A stretch of DNA of 64,000 nt from Chloroflexia bacterium (GCA_035474135.1 DATINP010000044.1:4295-68294), one strand, 5' to 3'. Shown: positions 8,987 through 18,781, counted from the first letter of the stretch. The notes: generated by a model not told the origin, from the letters alone. Made by a program: numbers and translations.

Positions 8987-10018
8987 TTAGGCTTTGCCGT
9001 TCAAGTCCGCGGCTTCGGGGTTGTGCCCTTTGAACACAGTAAAAAGCAGCCACAACGATGGTATCAGCAGCAAAGCGCCTACCGGAGCGGTCGCCAGTAG
9101 GAAGCCGAGCGTGGCGTCGGGCGCAGCCGAGGCATCGATAGTTAGATCCGGGTAGATGAGATAAGGCCATTGCGCCAGCGCCCATCCCCAGAGTAGCATC
9201 ACCACCTCGGCCACGGCTGTGACGCGCGCCACTGCGAAGCGCCTGTTCAGCACAGCCCACAGCGATAAGAGCGCAAATACAACGCCGAGAGCGAGCACGG
9301 GCAACGCCCTCAAGCTCAACAGGTTCTCGGCCAACCTCGGAGCCTGCCACACAAGCAGGGGAATCAACAGCACCGAAATGGCCACCACCACGCCGCCCGA
9401 CACCAGTGTGCGCCGCCGGAAGTCCTCGCGCAAGTCACCTTCCGTTTCTAACGTAAGGTAGACCGCGGCGAGATAGGCGAACAGAGCCAGTGCCAGGGCG
9501 CCGCAGGCCCACGACAGTGGGGTGAGCCAGGCTGTAAAGTAGTTCACTTGTACGGTACCGCCCGCCGCAACCTTGATTTCGCCTGCGGACACTGCGCCGA
9601 GGCACATGCCAAGCAAGACAGGCGTAATAACACTCGCGCTCCCGAATGCACGCGCCCACACACGCTGCGGGCCAACTTCCTCCGATCCGTGTGCCCTGAA
9701 CACAAACGCCGCCCCGCGCAGAATGATCCCCAGCAACAATAAGTGGAACGGGATAAAGAAAGCCTCGCTCAAGGCCGAAAAGGCAATAGGAAAGGCCGTG
9801 AACAGAATCACAAGTAGAAAGATCAGCCAGACGTGGTTCGATTCCCAGACAGGCCCCATCGCATCGGAAATGGCGCGTCTTTGAGCGTTAGCTCGTGGGC
9901 CTCTCGCGAAGAAATCCCACACACCGCCACCAAAATCGGCTCCGGCGAGCACCGTATAGGCGGTGAGGGCGAGCAACGCCAGCCCTGCCGCCAGGGTACT
10001 AAGCGACAGCGACACCAC
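8987..10018 (-). CDS. cydB: cytochrome bd ubiquinol oxidase subunit II
   Basis: Multi-TM protein with CydB N-terminus (ADFGGGVWDFF...) immediately downstream of cydA. Confidence 0.85.
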   Translation of the reverse strand: MVSLSLSTLAAGLALLALTAYTVLAGADFGGGVWDFFARGPRANAQRRAISDAMGPVWESNHVWLIFLLVILFTAFPIAFSALSEAFFIPFHLLLLGIILRGAAFVFRAHGSEEVGPQRVWARAFGSASVITPVLLGMCLGAVSAGEIKVAAGGTVQVNYFTAWLTPLSWACGALALALFAYLAAVYLTLETEGDLREDFRRRTLVSGGVVVAISVLLIPLLVWQAPRLAENLLSLRALPVLALGVVFALLSLWAVLNRRFAVARVTAVAEVVMLLWGWALAQWPYLIYPDLTIDASAAPDATLGFLLATAPVGALLLIPSLWLLFTVFKGHNPEAADLNGKA

Positions 10019-11351
10019 CTACCTCCTTCCCGCCGCTCGCGGATGTTTTCTGGTCCTCGTCGTCAACAGGACGGCCCGTAGCAAGCCTGAGCAAAAGCCA
10101 TACCAGTGTTACAGCCAGTACGATATACAGCCCGATGAACCCGGCGAAAGTATACCAGACGCCAGGTGCCGGCGTCACCGCATCTGCCGTACGCATCACG
10201 TTGTAAATGATCCAGGGTTGGCGGCCCACCTCGGTAACGATCCATCCCGCTTCCAGCGCCGCCACGCCCAGGACGCCGCTCAGCACCAGGGCACGAAGGA
10301 TCCATTTCCCGTGCTCTCGCTTCCGCCACCGCACGAACCAGTAAATCAGAGCGAACAAAAGTATGGCGAGTCCGCTACCAACCATTACCTGGAACGATAT
10401 ATGCACCAGCCCAACCACAGGCCAATCGGTTCTCGGCACCGCATCCAGACCCTGTATCTCGGCATTCGGGTCGTGGGTCGCCAGGAAACTCAGACCATAA
10501 GGTATTTCTAAGGAGAAAGGCACAGTCTCGTTGTTGATGTCAGGTATGCCCCCGATCCGGAGAGGTGCGCCCTTTTCAGTTTTGAACTGCGACTCCATCG
10601 CTGCGAGCTTGACGGGCTGCGTCTGCGCCACCAGCCTTGCCGCAGCATCGCCACTAATTGGCTGTGCGACAGCGGTTATCGTGCCCAGTATCATCGCGAG
10701 CGCCAGCCCCACCTTGTGATAGGTGTCGCGCCTGCCCTTCAGCAGACCCCAGGCATACACGCCGGCCACCATAAACGCGGTTGCCATATAAGAGGCAAGA
10801 GTAAGGTGCACCGCCAGCACGGCCCAGGAGGGATTAATTAGCGCCTTCACGGGGTCAATGTTGGTGGCCTGTCCGTTTACGAGGTCGAAGCCGGTGGGAT
10901 CCTGCATCCAGGAGTTGGCCGACATGACCAGCACCCCTGACATCGCTCCGCTCACCGCCACGGGTATGCCGCAAAGCCAGTGGGCCGTGGGCTTTAGGCG
11001 CTTCCAGCCGTAGAGGTAGAGCCCCAGGAATATGGCCTCTATGAAGAAAGCGTATCCCTCAAGGGCGAAGGCCGGACCAATCAAAGGACCTGCGAGTTTC
11101 ATGAATGGCGGCCAGAGCAGGCCCAGTTCGAACGACAGAGCGGTGCCGCTGACAGCACCAATAGCGAACAGGATGCCCGTAGCTTTGGCCCACTTGTGTG
11201 CCAGATCGAGATAAACCGCCTTCTTCGTGCGCAGCCCTAGCCCCTCAGCCACCAGCATCAAGAGCGGCATGCCAATACCAAGCGCCGCAAAGACCATGTG
11301 AAATCCCAGAGAAATCGCCATCTGTAGTCGCGCAGCTATCAGATTTTCCAT
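9999..11351 (-). CDS. cydA: cytochrome bd ubiquinol oxidase subunit I
   Basis: CydA N-terminus and Q-loop region (GFHMVFAALGIGMP, WAKATGILFAIGAVSG, EGYAFFIEAIFLGLYLYGW). Confidence 0.9.
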   Translation of the reverse strand: MENLIAARLQMAISLGFHMVFAALGIGMPLLMLVAEGLGLRTKKAVYLDLAHKWAKATGILFAIGAVSGTALSFELGLLWPPFMKLAGPLIGPAFALEGYAFFIEAIFLGLYLYGWKRLKPTAHWLCGIPVAVSGAMSGVLVMSANSWMQDPTGFDLVNGQATNIDPVKALINPSWAVLAVHLTLASYMATAFMVAGVYAWGLLKGRRDTYHKVGLALAMILGTITAVAQPISGDAAARLVAQTQPVKLAAMESQFKTEKGAPLRIGGIPDINNETVPFSLEIPYGLSFLATHDPNAEIQGLDAVPRTDWPVVGLVHISFQVMVGSGLAILLFALIYWFVRWRKREHGKWILRALVLSGVLGVAALEAGWIVTEVGRQPWIIYNVMRTADAVTPAPGVWYTFAGFIGLYIVLAVTLVWLLLRLATGRPVDDEDQKTSASGGKEVGGVAVA

Positions 11352-11491
11352 CCAGTCACCCGACCTTTTCGGTTATGTCCTCGCCTATTTCCCGTATGGC
11401 AGTAAAATCTGTTCCCCTTTAATAGTACTCCTTGACCCATGTAAAGTGTAGAGGAATGTGATTAATTTCACATATATATTTGCCCTGTGCG

Positions 11492-12577
11492 TTAATCTCC
11501 AAGATCCTTTTCCACGCCGAACATGACGTATAGCTTACGGGCGATCACGCAAATGGTTGCAAGGTCAAGGCGCTCTTCGAGGGAGAGGTTGGCGTCGGCG
11601 TCCACGCTGTCGGCGAAGCTTTGCATCATAGCGGAAATGCGAGCCAACTTGGAGCGCCGCGCCCGACGGTTGGCACGCGCCATCAGCATCAGGCGGTGCA
11701 TCTGGCCTGCGGGAGTATCCTCTTTAGCCAAACGCTCAAGGTCGCGCTTCAGCTTGCGGTCGATCTGTACCTCTACGCCGTCCACCAGCACCGTCTCCAT
11801 GGTTGAGGTCGAAGAAGTGTCGCCTTCATCCTCGCCGACGAAGTCGGATTCGCCGCGCTTCTCTTTTAGCTGGCGGATGTACGTGGGGAGGTCGTCGGTG
11901 GTGATCTCGCCCGCGAGAAGCTGGCGGATCATATCTGCACGGTCGTCTGCGTCCGCCACTTTAATCAGGTTGGCGACAGCACGCAGGCTGTCGGGCTTGG
12001 CCTCGATCAGGGCCTGTATATCAGCGGGCGCTCTGGCGGCGCGTACCCTGTTGTAAACGTAGCCAAGCTTCTTGCCCACCTCGCGTGCGATCTGCTCCAG
12101 TGTGAAGCCCATCTCGGCGCTCATCAGCAGATAAATACGGCCTTCTTCGAGAGGCGAGAGGTCTTCGCGCTGGATATTCTCGGTGATGGCGAGAGTGACC
12201 ATCTCCTCGTCTGTGAGTTCCTTGACGATGACGGGCAGGGTAGAAAGACCGATCATGCGTGAGGCCTCACGCCTGCGGTGGCCGGCGGTAAGCTGGTAGT
12301 GGCCCTTGAGCTCGGGGTGAGGACGAGCGGTAAGGACGCCCTGAAAGCCCTGGGCGCGTATTACGGAGGCTAGTTCTTCGAGAGCCACACCACCTGTGCT
12401 GCTGCGAGGCTGGTAGGGGTTGTCGTGCAGGCGGTCGAGGGGCAACATGGTTGTACGGCGCTCGCCGTGTTGGCCCGAAGAGTCGGGCGAGAGGCTGGAC
12501 GCGAACAGCCGCGACATATCTTTGCCCGGCTCATCCAGGTCCAGTTCAACAGGTTTGAGAGTTCGTTTGCCGCTCAT
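11492..12577 (-). CDS. parB: ParB/Spo0J-family partition protein
   Basis: ParB N-terminal domain with LTAGHRRREAS (box II GHRR) and LPVIV motif; start chosen at MSGKRTL (ORF track extends to 12691). Confidence 0.8.
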   Translation of the reverse strand: MSGKRTLKPVELDLDEPGKDMSRLFASSLSPDSSGQHGERRTTMLPLDRLHDNPYQPRSSTGGVALEELASVIRAQGFQGVLTARPHPELKGHYQLTAGHRRREASRMIGLSTLPVIVKELTDEEMVTLAITENIQREDLSPLEEGRIYLLMSAEMGFTLEQIAREVGKKLGYVYNRVRAARAPADIQALIEAKPDSLRAVANLIKVADADDRADMIRQLLAGEITTDDLPTYIRQLKEKRGESDFVGEDEGDTSSTSTMETVLVDGVEVQIDRKLKRDLERLAKEDTPAGQMHRLMLMARANRRARRSKLARISAMMQSFADSVDADANLSLEERLDLATICVIARKLYVMFGVEKDLGD

Positions 12578-12861
12578 GTGTGCTCCGATCCGTTGATAGG
12601 TGTGAGAATTCGTCCTATGGTTGCCGGTGCCAATGCCGATTTTGGAAATGCTTGTGGGTGATAGTATAGCCCCACGTTGTTGCGGAGGCAAATCGTGCGG
12701 GTGTATTTTACTTCATAGCAAAGTCGCGCTGATTTTGCTTGCCGGGGGACCGATCTTCATGTGGAAGCGGACACCAGGTCTAACAAAATGGGCTAAAATG
12801 AATTACGTGTCGCCGATGAGCGCCGGCACTTTAGGGACTGAGCCGGAAAGGGGTAGCCAGG

Positions 12862-13773
12862 ATGAACGAGAAAGATATTAGCCTGCCTGTTGATGGAGGA
12901 GCACAGCGCCCCTCGCCTTTTGAGCAAATACGCCGTGAAACGGACGACGGCAGCGAGTTTTGGTCTGCCCGGGAACTGGCGAAGATACTTGGGTACACCG
13001 AGTTCGGCAAGTTCCGCAATGCACTTCAGAAGGCAGAGGTAGCCTGCGAGAACAGCGGACAGGAGATAGAGGATCATTTCGCCCATGTGAGCGATATGAT
13101 CACCATAGGCAAAGGCGGCAAGCGCAAGGTCGAGGATGTGAGGATGTCGCGCTATGCCTGCTATCTGGTCGTGCAAAACGCCGACCCTTCCAAAGAGATA
13201 GTAGCCATCGGGCAGACCTATTTCGCCGTACAGACCCGCAGGCAAGAACGCTCGGACGAGCTGGCGAGCCTCACCGCCGAGCAACGCCGTTTGTACCTGC
13301 GCGGCGAACTATCGAGCCATAACCGCAGGCTGGCCGAGGCCGCGAACCAGGCGGGCGTAGTAGAGCCGGTAGATTTTGCGGTATTTACCGACCACGGCTA
13401 CCAGGGTCTTTACGGAGGGCTGAAGCACCGCGACATCCACAAGCGCAAGGGTCTGAAGAAGTCACAGCACATACTCGATTACATGGATGGAGAAGAACTG
13501 GGCGCGAATATATTTCGCGTAACCCAGACAGAGGCCAAGCTAAGGCGCGAAGGCGTGCAGGGTAAGCAACAGGCCAACAAGGCTCACTTCGACGTGGGTA
13601 GGGAAGTTCGCGACACGATCGAACGGTTGGGAGGCACGATGCCAGAAGAACTTCCGACGCCCCAAGAGAGCGTGCAACAATTGCGCCGGAAGGAAGAGAA
13701 ACGCCTTGCGCAAGGGCCTCAGCTTTCGCTTATTGAAGGCGATACGGATGGAGACGATGACAGCGGCGAGTAG
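12862..13773 (+). CDS. dinD: DNA-damage-inducible protein D (DinD-like)
   Basis: Strong collinearity with E. coli DinD as recalled (EFWSARELA, RYACYLVVQNADP, QTYFAVQTRRQE). Confidence 0.75.
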   Translation: MNEKDISLPVDGGAQRPSPFEQIRRETDDGSEFWSARELAKILGYTEFGKFRNALQKAEVACENSGQEIEDHFAHVSDMITIGKGGKRKVEDVRMSRYACYLVVQNADPSKEIVAIGQTYFAVQTRRQERSDELASLTAEQRRLYLRGELSSHNRRLAEAANQAGVVEPVDFAVFTDHGYQGLYGGLKHRDIHKRKGLKKSQHILDYMDGEELGANIFRVTQTEAKLRREGVQGKQQANKAHFDVGREVRDTIERLGGTMPEELPTPQESVQQLRRKEEKRLAQGPQLSLIEGDTDGDDDSGE

Positions 13774-13814
13774 GCCTGGCGCTTAGCACAACATACGATA
13801 GAAAGAGATATAAC

Positions 13815-14273
13815 TTGGCTAACAAGAACGAAGAGATCATCGACAGCCCAACAGGGTGGGTCGCAAAGCATATTCGCACCTACGTCGAGAGCGGGGGCAC
13901 GGAAGGACAAAAGTACGCCGGCAGAGATTTACTGCTGCTGACTACGAGGGGTCGTAAGAGCGGCAAGCTTCGCCGTACCGCGCTCTACTATGGTGTTGAT
14001 AACGGACGCTACATACTCATAGCTTCAAATGGCGGCAGTCCGAAGCATCCGCTATGGTACCTGAACTTGCAAGAAGAGCCGAAAGTGGAGGTGCAGGTCG
14101 GCCCCGAAGTTTTCAGCGCGGTCGCACGTCCCGCAACGGAGAAGGAGAAGCCGCGCTTATGGGAGATGATGGTCAGTATATTCCCTAACTATGCAGCATA
14201 TCAAAAGAAAGCAACCAGAGATATCCCGGTGGTTGTCGTAGAGCGGAGTAACAAGCCGGGTTCGACTGAATAA
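13815..14273 (+). CDS. deazaflavin (F420)-dependent nitroreductase-family oxidoreductase (Ddn/DUF385-like)
   Basis: TTRGRKSGKLRRTAL and HPLWYLNL motifs typical of the Ddn family. Confidence 0.75.
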   Translation: MANKNEEIIDSPTGWVAKHIRTYVESGGTEGQKYAGRDLLLLTTRGRKSGKLRRTALYYGVDNGRYILIASNGGSPKHPLWYLNLQEEPKVEVQVGPEVFSAVARPATEKEKPRLWEMMVSIFPNYAAYQKKATRDIPVVVVERSNKPGSTE

Positions 14274-14346
14274 CCGGTGATCCCCTGTTTGGACACGAGG
14301 GATGGTTAAGAATCATTTCCCCCACGCCGGGGAAATGATCGTCTTG

Positions 14347-15015
14347 CTAGCTTTCTTCCGGCTCCATGAAGTTGCGAGCTACTCCGCAGGTGGTCGTCCA
14401 TACGATGGCGGCGAACCAACCCGCAAGCACATCTGTGGGATAATGCACCTCCAGGTACACACGACTTGCTCCTATGAGCGCGCAGAATGGCAGCACGGGC
14501 ACCCATACCAGCCGTGCGATCGGGTGCCCTGTCAGGTTACCCCGGCGGCTGACAATGTAGGCCAGGGTGCCGTAGGTAGCAAGCGTGGTCATCGCGTGAC
14601 CGCTGGGAAAGCTATAGCCTGTGGCGTGGGCACGGCGGAGCTTTAGAGCAGGACGCGCCCTGTGAAACCTGCGTTTCAGAAGTTCATTGAGAATTCCGCC
14701 CCCGATCAAACCGGACGCCCAGGTTACCAGGTCAGCCTTGCGGTCATGTGCCAGCAACGCCAGACCGACAAGCACTCCGGATGTGCCCAGAAACCAGGGC
14801 TCACCGAGAGCAGTAGCTGCCGACATGATCCTGTCGAGGGCAGGGCTGCGCATCTCGCGAGCCTCTTCAACCAGGCGTGTGTCGATGGCCATGGATTCGT
14901 TCTCAAGAATCTCGTCGGCAAGCTTACCGAACAGGAAGACGCTGCCCAGACTGACGCCAATGCCAGCGACCAGTACTGCCGGCACGGGCAGAACCTGCCC
15001 CCGCTTTCTACCCAT
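14347..15015 (-). CDS. PAP2-family phosphatase
   Basis: YSFPSGHAM and SRVYLEVHYPTDVLAG acid-phosphatase motifs; N-terminal TM helix. Confidence 0.85.
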   Translation of the reverse strand: MGRKRGQVLPVPAVLVAGIGVSLGSVFLFGKLADEILENESMAIDTRLVEEAREMRSPALDRIMSAATALGEPWFLGTSGVLVGLALLAHDRKADLVTWASGLIGGGILNELLKRRFHRARPALKLRRAHATGYSFPSGHAMTTLATYGTLAYIVSRRGNLTGHPIARLVWVPVLPFCALIGASRVYLEVHYPTDVLAGWFAAIVWTTTCGVARNFMEPEES

Positions 15016-15250
15016 AAATCCGCACCTCCCTGTTCACAATTGCGTTTTGCCCGCTGCGCTGACAAGGAAATGCTTACTCGCAAAATGCGTGCCAGGATCC
15101 GGCAGGGTAGGATAAATGTAGACACAGATCACGCCTCTATGATGGCATCGGACTCTGTGGAAGCGTATTATCGGAGGCGGACACGATGCATCCGCCAGGA
15201 CATAGCTGGACCGGTCTTGCGCCCGTCAGGTGACATACAGGAGTCCGTAG

Positions 15251-16336
15251 CTAATCGTCGCCGGTTGCTTCGGAGATTGGCACATTACTCCCAGCGTGAG
15301 GTGTGTTTGGTACAAGTTTTGAAATGCGGTCGAGGGCAGGCCCGCCTATTACGCGTAGAAGTTCTGCCAGCAGATTGCGGTAGGCCTGGGTGTGCTCGCT
15401 ACGGGGGTGGAGGGTGACCATCACCTGCCGCAGCATGGAGGCTTCGCCATATTTGGTGCTGCGCTTAATAGTGGTCTTGAAGGCGCGTATATTGCGCTTT
15501 TGGAGGGCTTGCCGCAGGCTCTCTTCCATTGCCCGGGCCACGTTGGTGCTGGACTGCACCATCATCGCCACCGCGCCAGCCACCTGCAAGCGCGGGTTGA
15601 AGTCTTTGCGCGTTTCGTCTACGCGCTTCAAGAGCAGTTGCAGACCCTTGAGGGAGAGCATCTCGAGTTCCGTAGGGATCACCAGGTAATCGGCAGCGTA
15701 CAGGGCGTTGATGGTGAGGGAGCTAAGGTTGGGGCCGGGATCGAGCAGGATGTAGTCGTAGCGACCGCGTATCCCGCGCATGGCGTTGGACAACCGGCTC
15801 CCCCAGTTGGGTTTGCCGCGCAGGTAGTCCTCGGCTTCACTGCTGACAATGTTGTTGGGCACGAGGTCGGGGCCGAAGGCGGTGTGCAGGATGACATCCT
15901 CTAGCTCACAATCGCCGATCATAGCGTCATAGACCGTGGCCTGGAGGCCCTCAGGGTTGTGACCCAGCGACCATGTGAGATGGCCCTGCGGGTCGAGGTC
16001 GACCGCCAGCACTCGCACCCCCAGCCCTGAGAGCAACACCGCAAGGTTGGCGGTGGCGGTGGTTTTGCCCACCCCTCCCTTCTGGTTGACGAGCGCGATC
16101 ACCACAGCGCCGTGGTTGCGGTCGAGCGACATGCCCGCGAGAAAGGCGTCCACATCGGCCTCGTAGACTCGGTAATGGCCGCCGGAGGTGGAGTTGGCAG
16201 GCAGGAGGCCTTCGCGGATGTACTGGGCCACAGTGCCTGTATGCACACCCAGGCGCTCGGCTACCTCGGAGGTTCGGAGCAGGCGGCTATGTTCCCTGGC
16301 GTCGCGGTTGTCGCGCGTATCGCGTGCGTCTCTCAT
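15251..16336 (-). CDS. parA: ParA/Soj-family ATPase with N-terminal MerR/excisionase-type HTH
   Basis: Deviant Walker A NQKGGVGKTT plus N-terminal HTH (LLRTSEVAERLGVHTGTVAQYIREG); N-terminus carries an (RDx) tripeptide repeat. Confidence 0.8.
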   Translation of the reverse strand: MRDARDTRDNRDAREHSRLLRTSEVAERLGVHTGTVAQYIREGLLPANSTSGGHYRVYEADVDAFLAGMSLDRNHGAVVIALVNQKGGVGKTTATANLAVLLSGLGVRVLAVDLDPQGHLTWSLGHNPEGLQATVYDAMIGDCELEDVILHTAFGPDLVPNNIVSSEAEDYLRGKPNWGSRLSNAMRGIRGRYDYILLDPGPNLSSLTINALYAADYLVIPTELEMLSLKGLQLLLKRVDETRKDFNPRLQVAGAVAMMVQSSTNVARAMEESLRQALQKRNIRAFKTTIKRSTKYGEASMLRQVMVTLHPRSEHTQAYRNLLAELLRVIGGPALDRISKLVPNTPHAGSNVPISEATGDD

Positions 16337-16631
16337 CGTCGTCCTTTCAGTTGGAGAGCAGCCCAGATGTCCCCTTGTAGTACAGTGGTGGAAGACCCTT
16401 CTCCTGCACCATTCATACTCTACGTGCGTTACGACCGATTATTGCGTTTCGTGCGTTAGATGGGTAATATATCATGAAATCGTGTAAGTGCGAAGTTTAT
16501 CCACAATCGAAACCAGGATGACTTCCTGGTGAAACGTAACACAAACAGCGATTGATACGTATGATCTGGTAGACTGGATGGTGTAGTCCGGTATCACAGC
16601 CTGGGAGTTTACAGGCAAAGGCGATAAAGCA

Positions 16632-17048
16632 ATGTTAATAGCGTTACATCCACCTGCGTTCTTGTGGTTTTTCAGCGGGTTCCGTGGGAACTGGACCTTC
16701 ATTATAGGGTTCATCGTTATCATGCTGGTGTTGCGGGTTGCATTACGCAGCTTCTTCCCTAGAGGGGGCATGAGGCGCGGCGGGGGGCCTCGTTATAACA
16801 AGTACAACCAACCGCAACCACCGAAACCTGATCAAGGCCAAATCACCGACAAACCCTACTACGGAGCGCCGGGAACCAATAGCGAAGGACAGGGTACGGG
16901 AGCAGAAACTGTGCGCACCGGCGGGGTCGACACGCGCCGCGTGGATAACTGGAGCAGTGAAACGCCCTCGGCCTACGGCGAGCCTACCCGCCCGCTGGAG
17001 AGCAAATCTGAGATGCCGAGAGAAGATACCGACCAGACCTCTTCTTAA
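16632..17048 (+). CDS. hypothetical small membrane protein with disordered C-terminus
   Basis: 138-aa ORF with two predicted TM helices then a G/P/Q-rich tail; sits in an AT-richer intergenic block. Confidence 0.35.
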   Translation: MLIALHPPAFLWFFSGFRGNWTFIIGFIVIMLVLRVALRSFFPRGGMRRGGGPRYNKYNQPQPPKPDQGQITDKPYYGAPGTNSEGQGTGAETVRTGGVDTRRVDNWSSETPSAYGEPTRPLESKSEMPREDTDQTSS

Positions 17049-17058
17049 TCTCGGGCAA

Positions 17059-18762
17059 CTATGTGATCTTCGGTACTGAGCGGCGCAGACACGCGAAGAA
17101 GTAGGCCATTTTATTCGTCAGGCCTATCGCGCCGTGCTTGCCCTGTCCTTCGCGCGTGGTACGCTTCGCAGTGTACATGAGGTCCACGAACGCCTCGGCT
17201 TGCAGCCCCGACGTGCGCCATAACCGCATTGCTTGGCCTACATTTTCCAGCACGTGATCAGCATCTCCCAGTTCGTATGAGAAGTCTGCAACTACCCTCG
17301 AGATAAAGGGCGAATAGGCCGGGTCGCGAGCTTCTCCGGGTTCGTTCCCAGAAGCCTTTTTGACCAAGTTATGACTCGAGTCAGCCTTCATAATTTGTTC
17401 TGGATGATCTGCTTCTATTTCGTGTTCACCGCGCGTCACCGGGGGCTGTGCACTGCCTGTCATGGGACGCGGTGTCTTCCGCTTTACAGGGGCTAGCAAC
17501 TGCGCGTCACCTGGGCGTGCATACTGTACGTCGTTGGGGCCTGTCAACTGTGCGTCACTACCCACCTTATACTGTACGTCACTGGTGGCAATAAACTGGG
17601 TGTCACCGGGAAGAGGATACTGTATGTCACCAGGGGGTGTATACTGCGCGTCACCGGGATGCGCATACCCGCCGTCACGACCCATTGTATGTATCTGTGC
17701 GCCTGCACGGTCGCGTCGAGCCTGTGCCGCGAGGCTGCCGCGACGGGCTTTCTTGACTGGAAGGGTCGTGCTTGCTTCCTGCAAAGCTCCTGCTGTAGCG
17801 TCGGCTTCTGTGTCGTCTCCGGTTGGGGTTTGTCCGTTCTTCCCCGGTTTGAGCAGGTTGCGGATCTCGTCCAAGAGGGGGCTGAAGTCGTAGGCGTTCG
17901 AGTCTTGCCCGCCGTCGCTCTTGGTGCGGCGTACCAGCCGAAGCGAGCCGCGCTCGACCAGTCCCGTCTTGATGCGGTGCAGATAGGCGGCTGTGTAACC
18001 CGTCTGCAAGGCCATACGCACTATGCTGGGATAGGGCAGGGATGTGTCCCACTGGTATGAGAAAATGTAGGCCACGAACCACACCTGCTGTGGGGTCATG
18101 TCCAGTTCTTTACTGTATGTAAACAGGGCGCGTGGCACCGCTGCCACTCCGTAGCGGGTCAGTACCCTGCCGTAGCGGGCCACAAAGCTTGGGTCGTGCT
18201 GGGCGCGCTCGATCTCTTCGATGCCGCGCTCGTACCCGTTCTCATGCCCGTTGCGTTGGGGGAAATCTGGGACGCGTGTGGGGTCGTAAATCGAGCTTAT
18301 GGGATTGCTGTTGATCCTGCTTTTGACGTGCTCGGTAATGCACGATTCGAGCCTCTCGAACAGGGCGGCGAAGTCGTAGTAGTTCGACTCTTGCCCGCGC
18401 TCCTGCGACCTCCTGGGCAGGACCAGCAGGTAGCCCATGCCCTGTAGCTCGTCGCTGTATCGTTGTAACTGCCTCTTGCTCATGCCCGATGCGCGGGACA
18501 TCACGCCCAGGCTGGGGTAGGGGAGGTCTTCGTCCCATTTATGTGACAGGATGTAGGAGATGAACCATACATGCTGGGCGTAGAGGTCGAGCTTACCACC
18601 GAAGTGGTACAGCGCCGACGGCAGGGCCGCGATCCCGTGTTGCAGGATCACTCTGCCGAAACGCGCCGCGAAGCTATTGCCTGTCCCGGCAAAGGTGCCC
18701 GGGTTGACCTCTATATCGCCGTTTTGTCCTACCCTGCCCCTCTGTTCTATATTTTTGGGCAT
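17059..18762 (-). CDS. putative replication-initiator-like DNA-binding protein with tandem winged-helix domains and an octapeptide repeat
   Basis: Two roughly 110-aa paralogous domains (ARFGRVILQHGIAALP... and ARYGRVLTRYGVAAVP..., each ending SN.YDF); 8 x (xGDxQYxx) repeat; GGAGG RBS 8 nt upstream of ATG at 18762. Confidence 0.45.
   Translation of the reverse strand: MPKNIEQRGRVGQNGDIEVNPGTFAGTGNSFAARFGRVILQHGIAALPSALYHFGGKLDLYAQHVWFISYILSHKWDEDLPYPSLGVMSRASGMSKRQLQRYSDELQGMGYLLVLPRRSQERGQESNYYDFAALFERLESCITEHVKSRINSNPISSIYDPTRVPDFPQRNGHENGYERGIEEIERAQHDPSFVARYGRVLTRYGVAAVPRALFTYSKELDMTPQQVWFVAYIFSYQWDTSLPYPSIVRMALQTGYTAAYLHRIKTGLVERGSLRLVRRTKSDGGQDSNAYDFSPLLDEIRNLLKPGKNGQTPTGDDTEADATAGALQEASTTLPVKKARRGSLAAQARRDRAGAQIHTMGRDGGYAHPGDAQYTPPGDIQYPLPGDTQFIATSDVQYKVGSDAQLTGPNDVQYARPGDAQLLAPVKRKTPRPMTGSAQPPVTRGEHEIEADHPEQIMKADSSHNLVKKASGNEPGEARDPAYSPFISRVVADFSYELGDADHVLENVGQAMRLWRTSGLQAEAFVDLMYTAKRTTREGQGKHGAIGLTNKMAYFFACLRRSVPKIT
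17487..17680. repeat. 8 x 24-bp tandem repeat inside the Rep-like gene (iteron-like; encodes xGDxQYxx)
   Basis: Each unit ends ACTG(Y)(R)(Y)GTCAC with exact 24-bp period (GTCAC ends at 17510, 17534, ... 17678). Confidence 0.8.
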
Positions 18763-18781
18763 AGAAAACCTCCTGTACCCC

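Noticed and set aside
8838-9350. 170-aa minus-strand ORF
   Set aside because: Overlaps cydB in another frame, Arg/Ala-rich translation typical of off-frame ORFs in GC-rich DNA.
9836-9850. GGTTCGATTCC tRNA T-loop-like string
   Set aside because: Lies inside the cydB coding sequence; no complementary T-stem, acceptor stem or anticodon arm can be drawn around it. No tRNA genes were found in the window.
14657-14672. TGAAAC-CTGC-GTTTCA palindrome as a candidate parS
   Set aside because: Does not match the TGTTTCACGTGAAACA parS consensus beyond a half-site and lies inside the PAP2 coding sequence; only single copy.
16519-16534. GGTGAAACG half-site resembling parS in the AT-rich block upstream of parA
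   Set aside because: Only one half of the palindrome is present; insufficient for a centromere call.
16337-16631. AT-rich 300-bp block upstream of the HTH-parA gene as a possible ncRNA or origin
   Set aside because: No promoter/terminator pair, DnaA-box cluster or iterons could be recognised by eye; left as unexplained AT-rich spacer.
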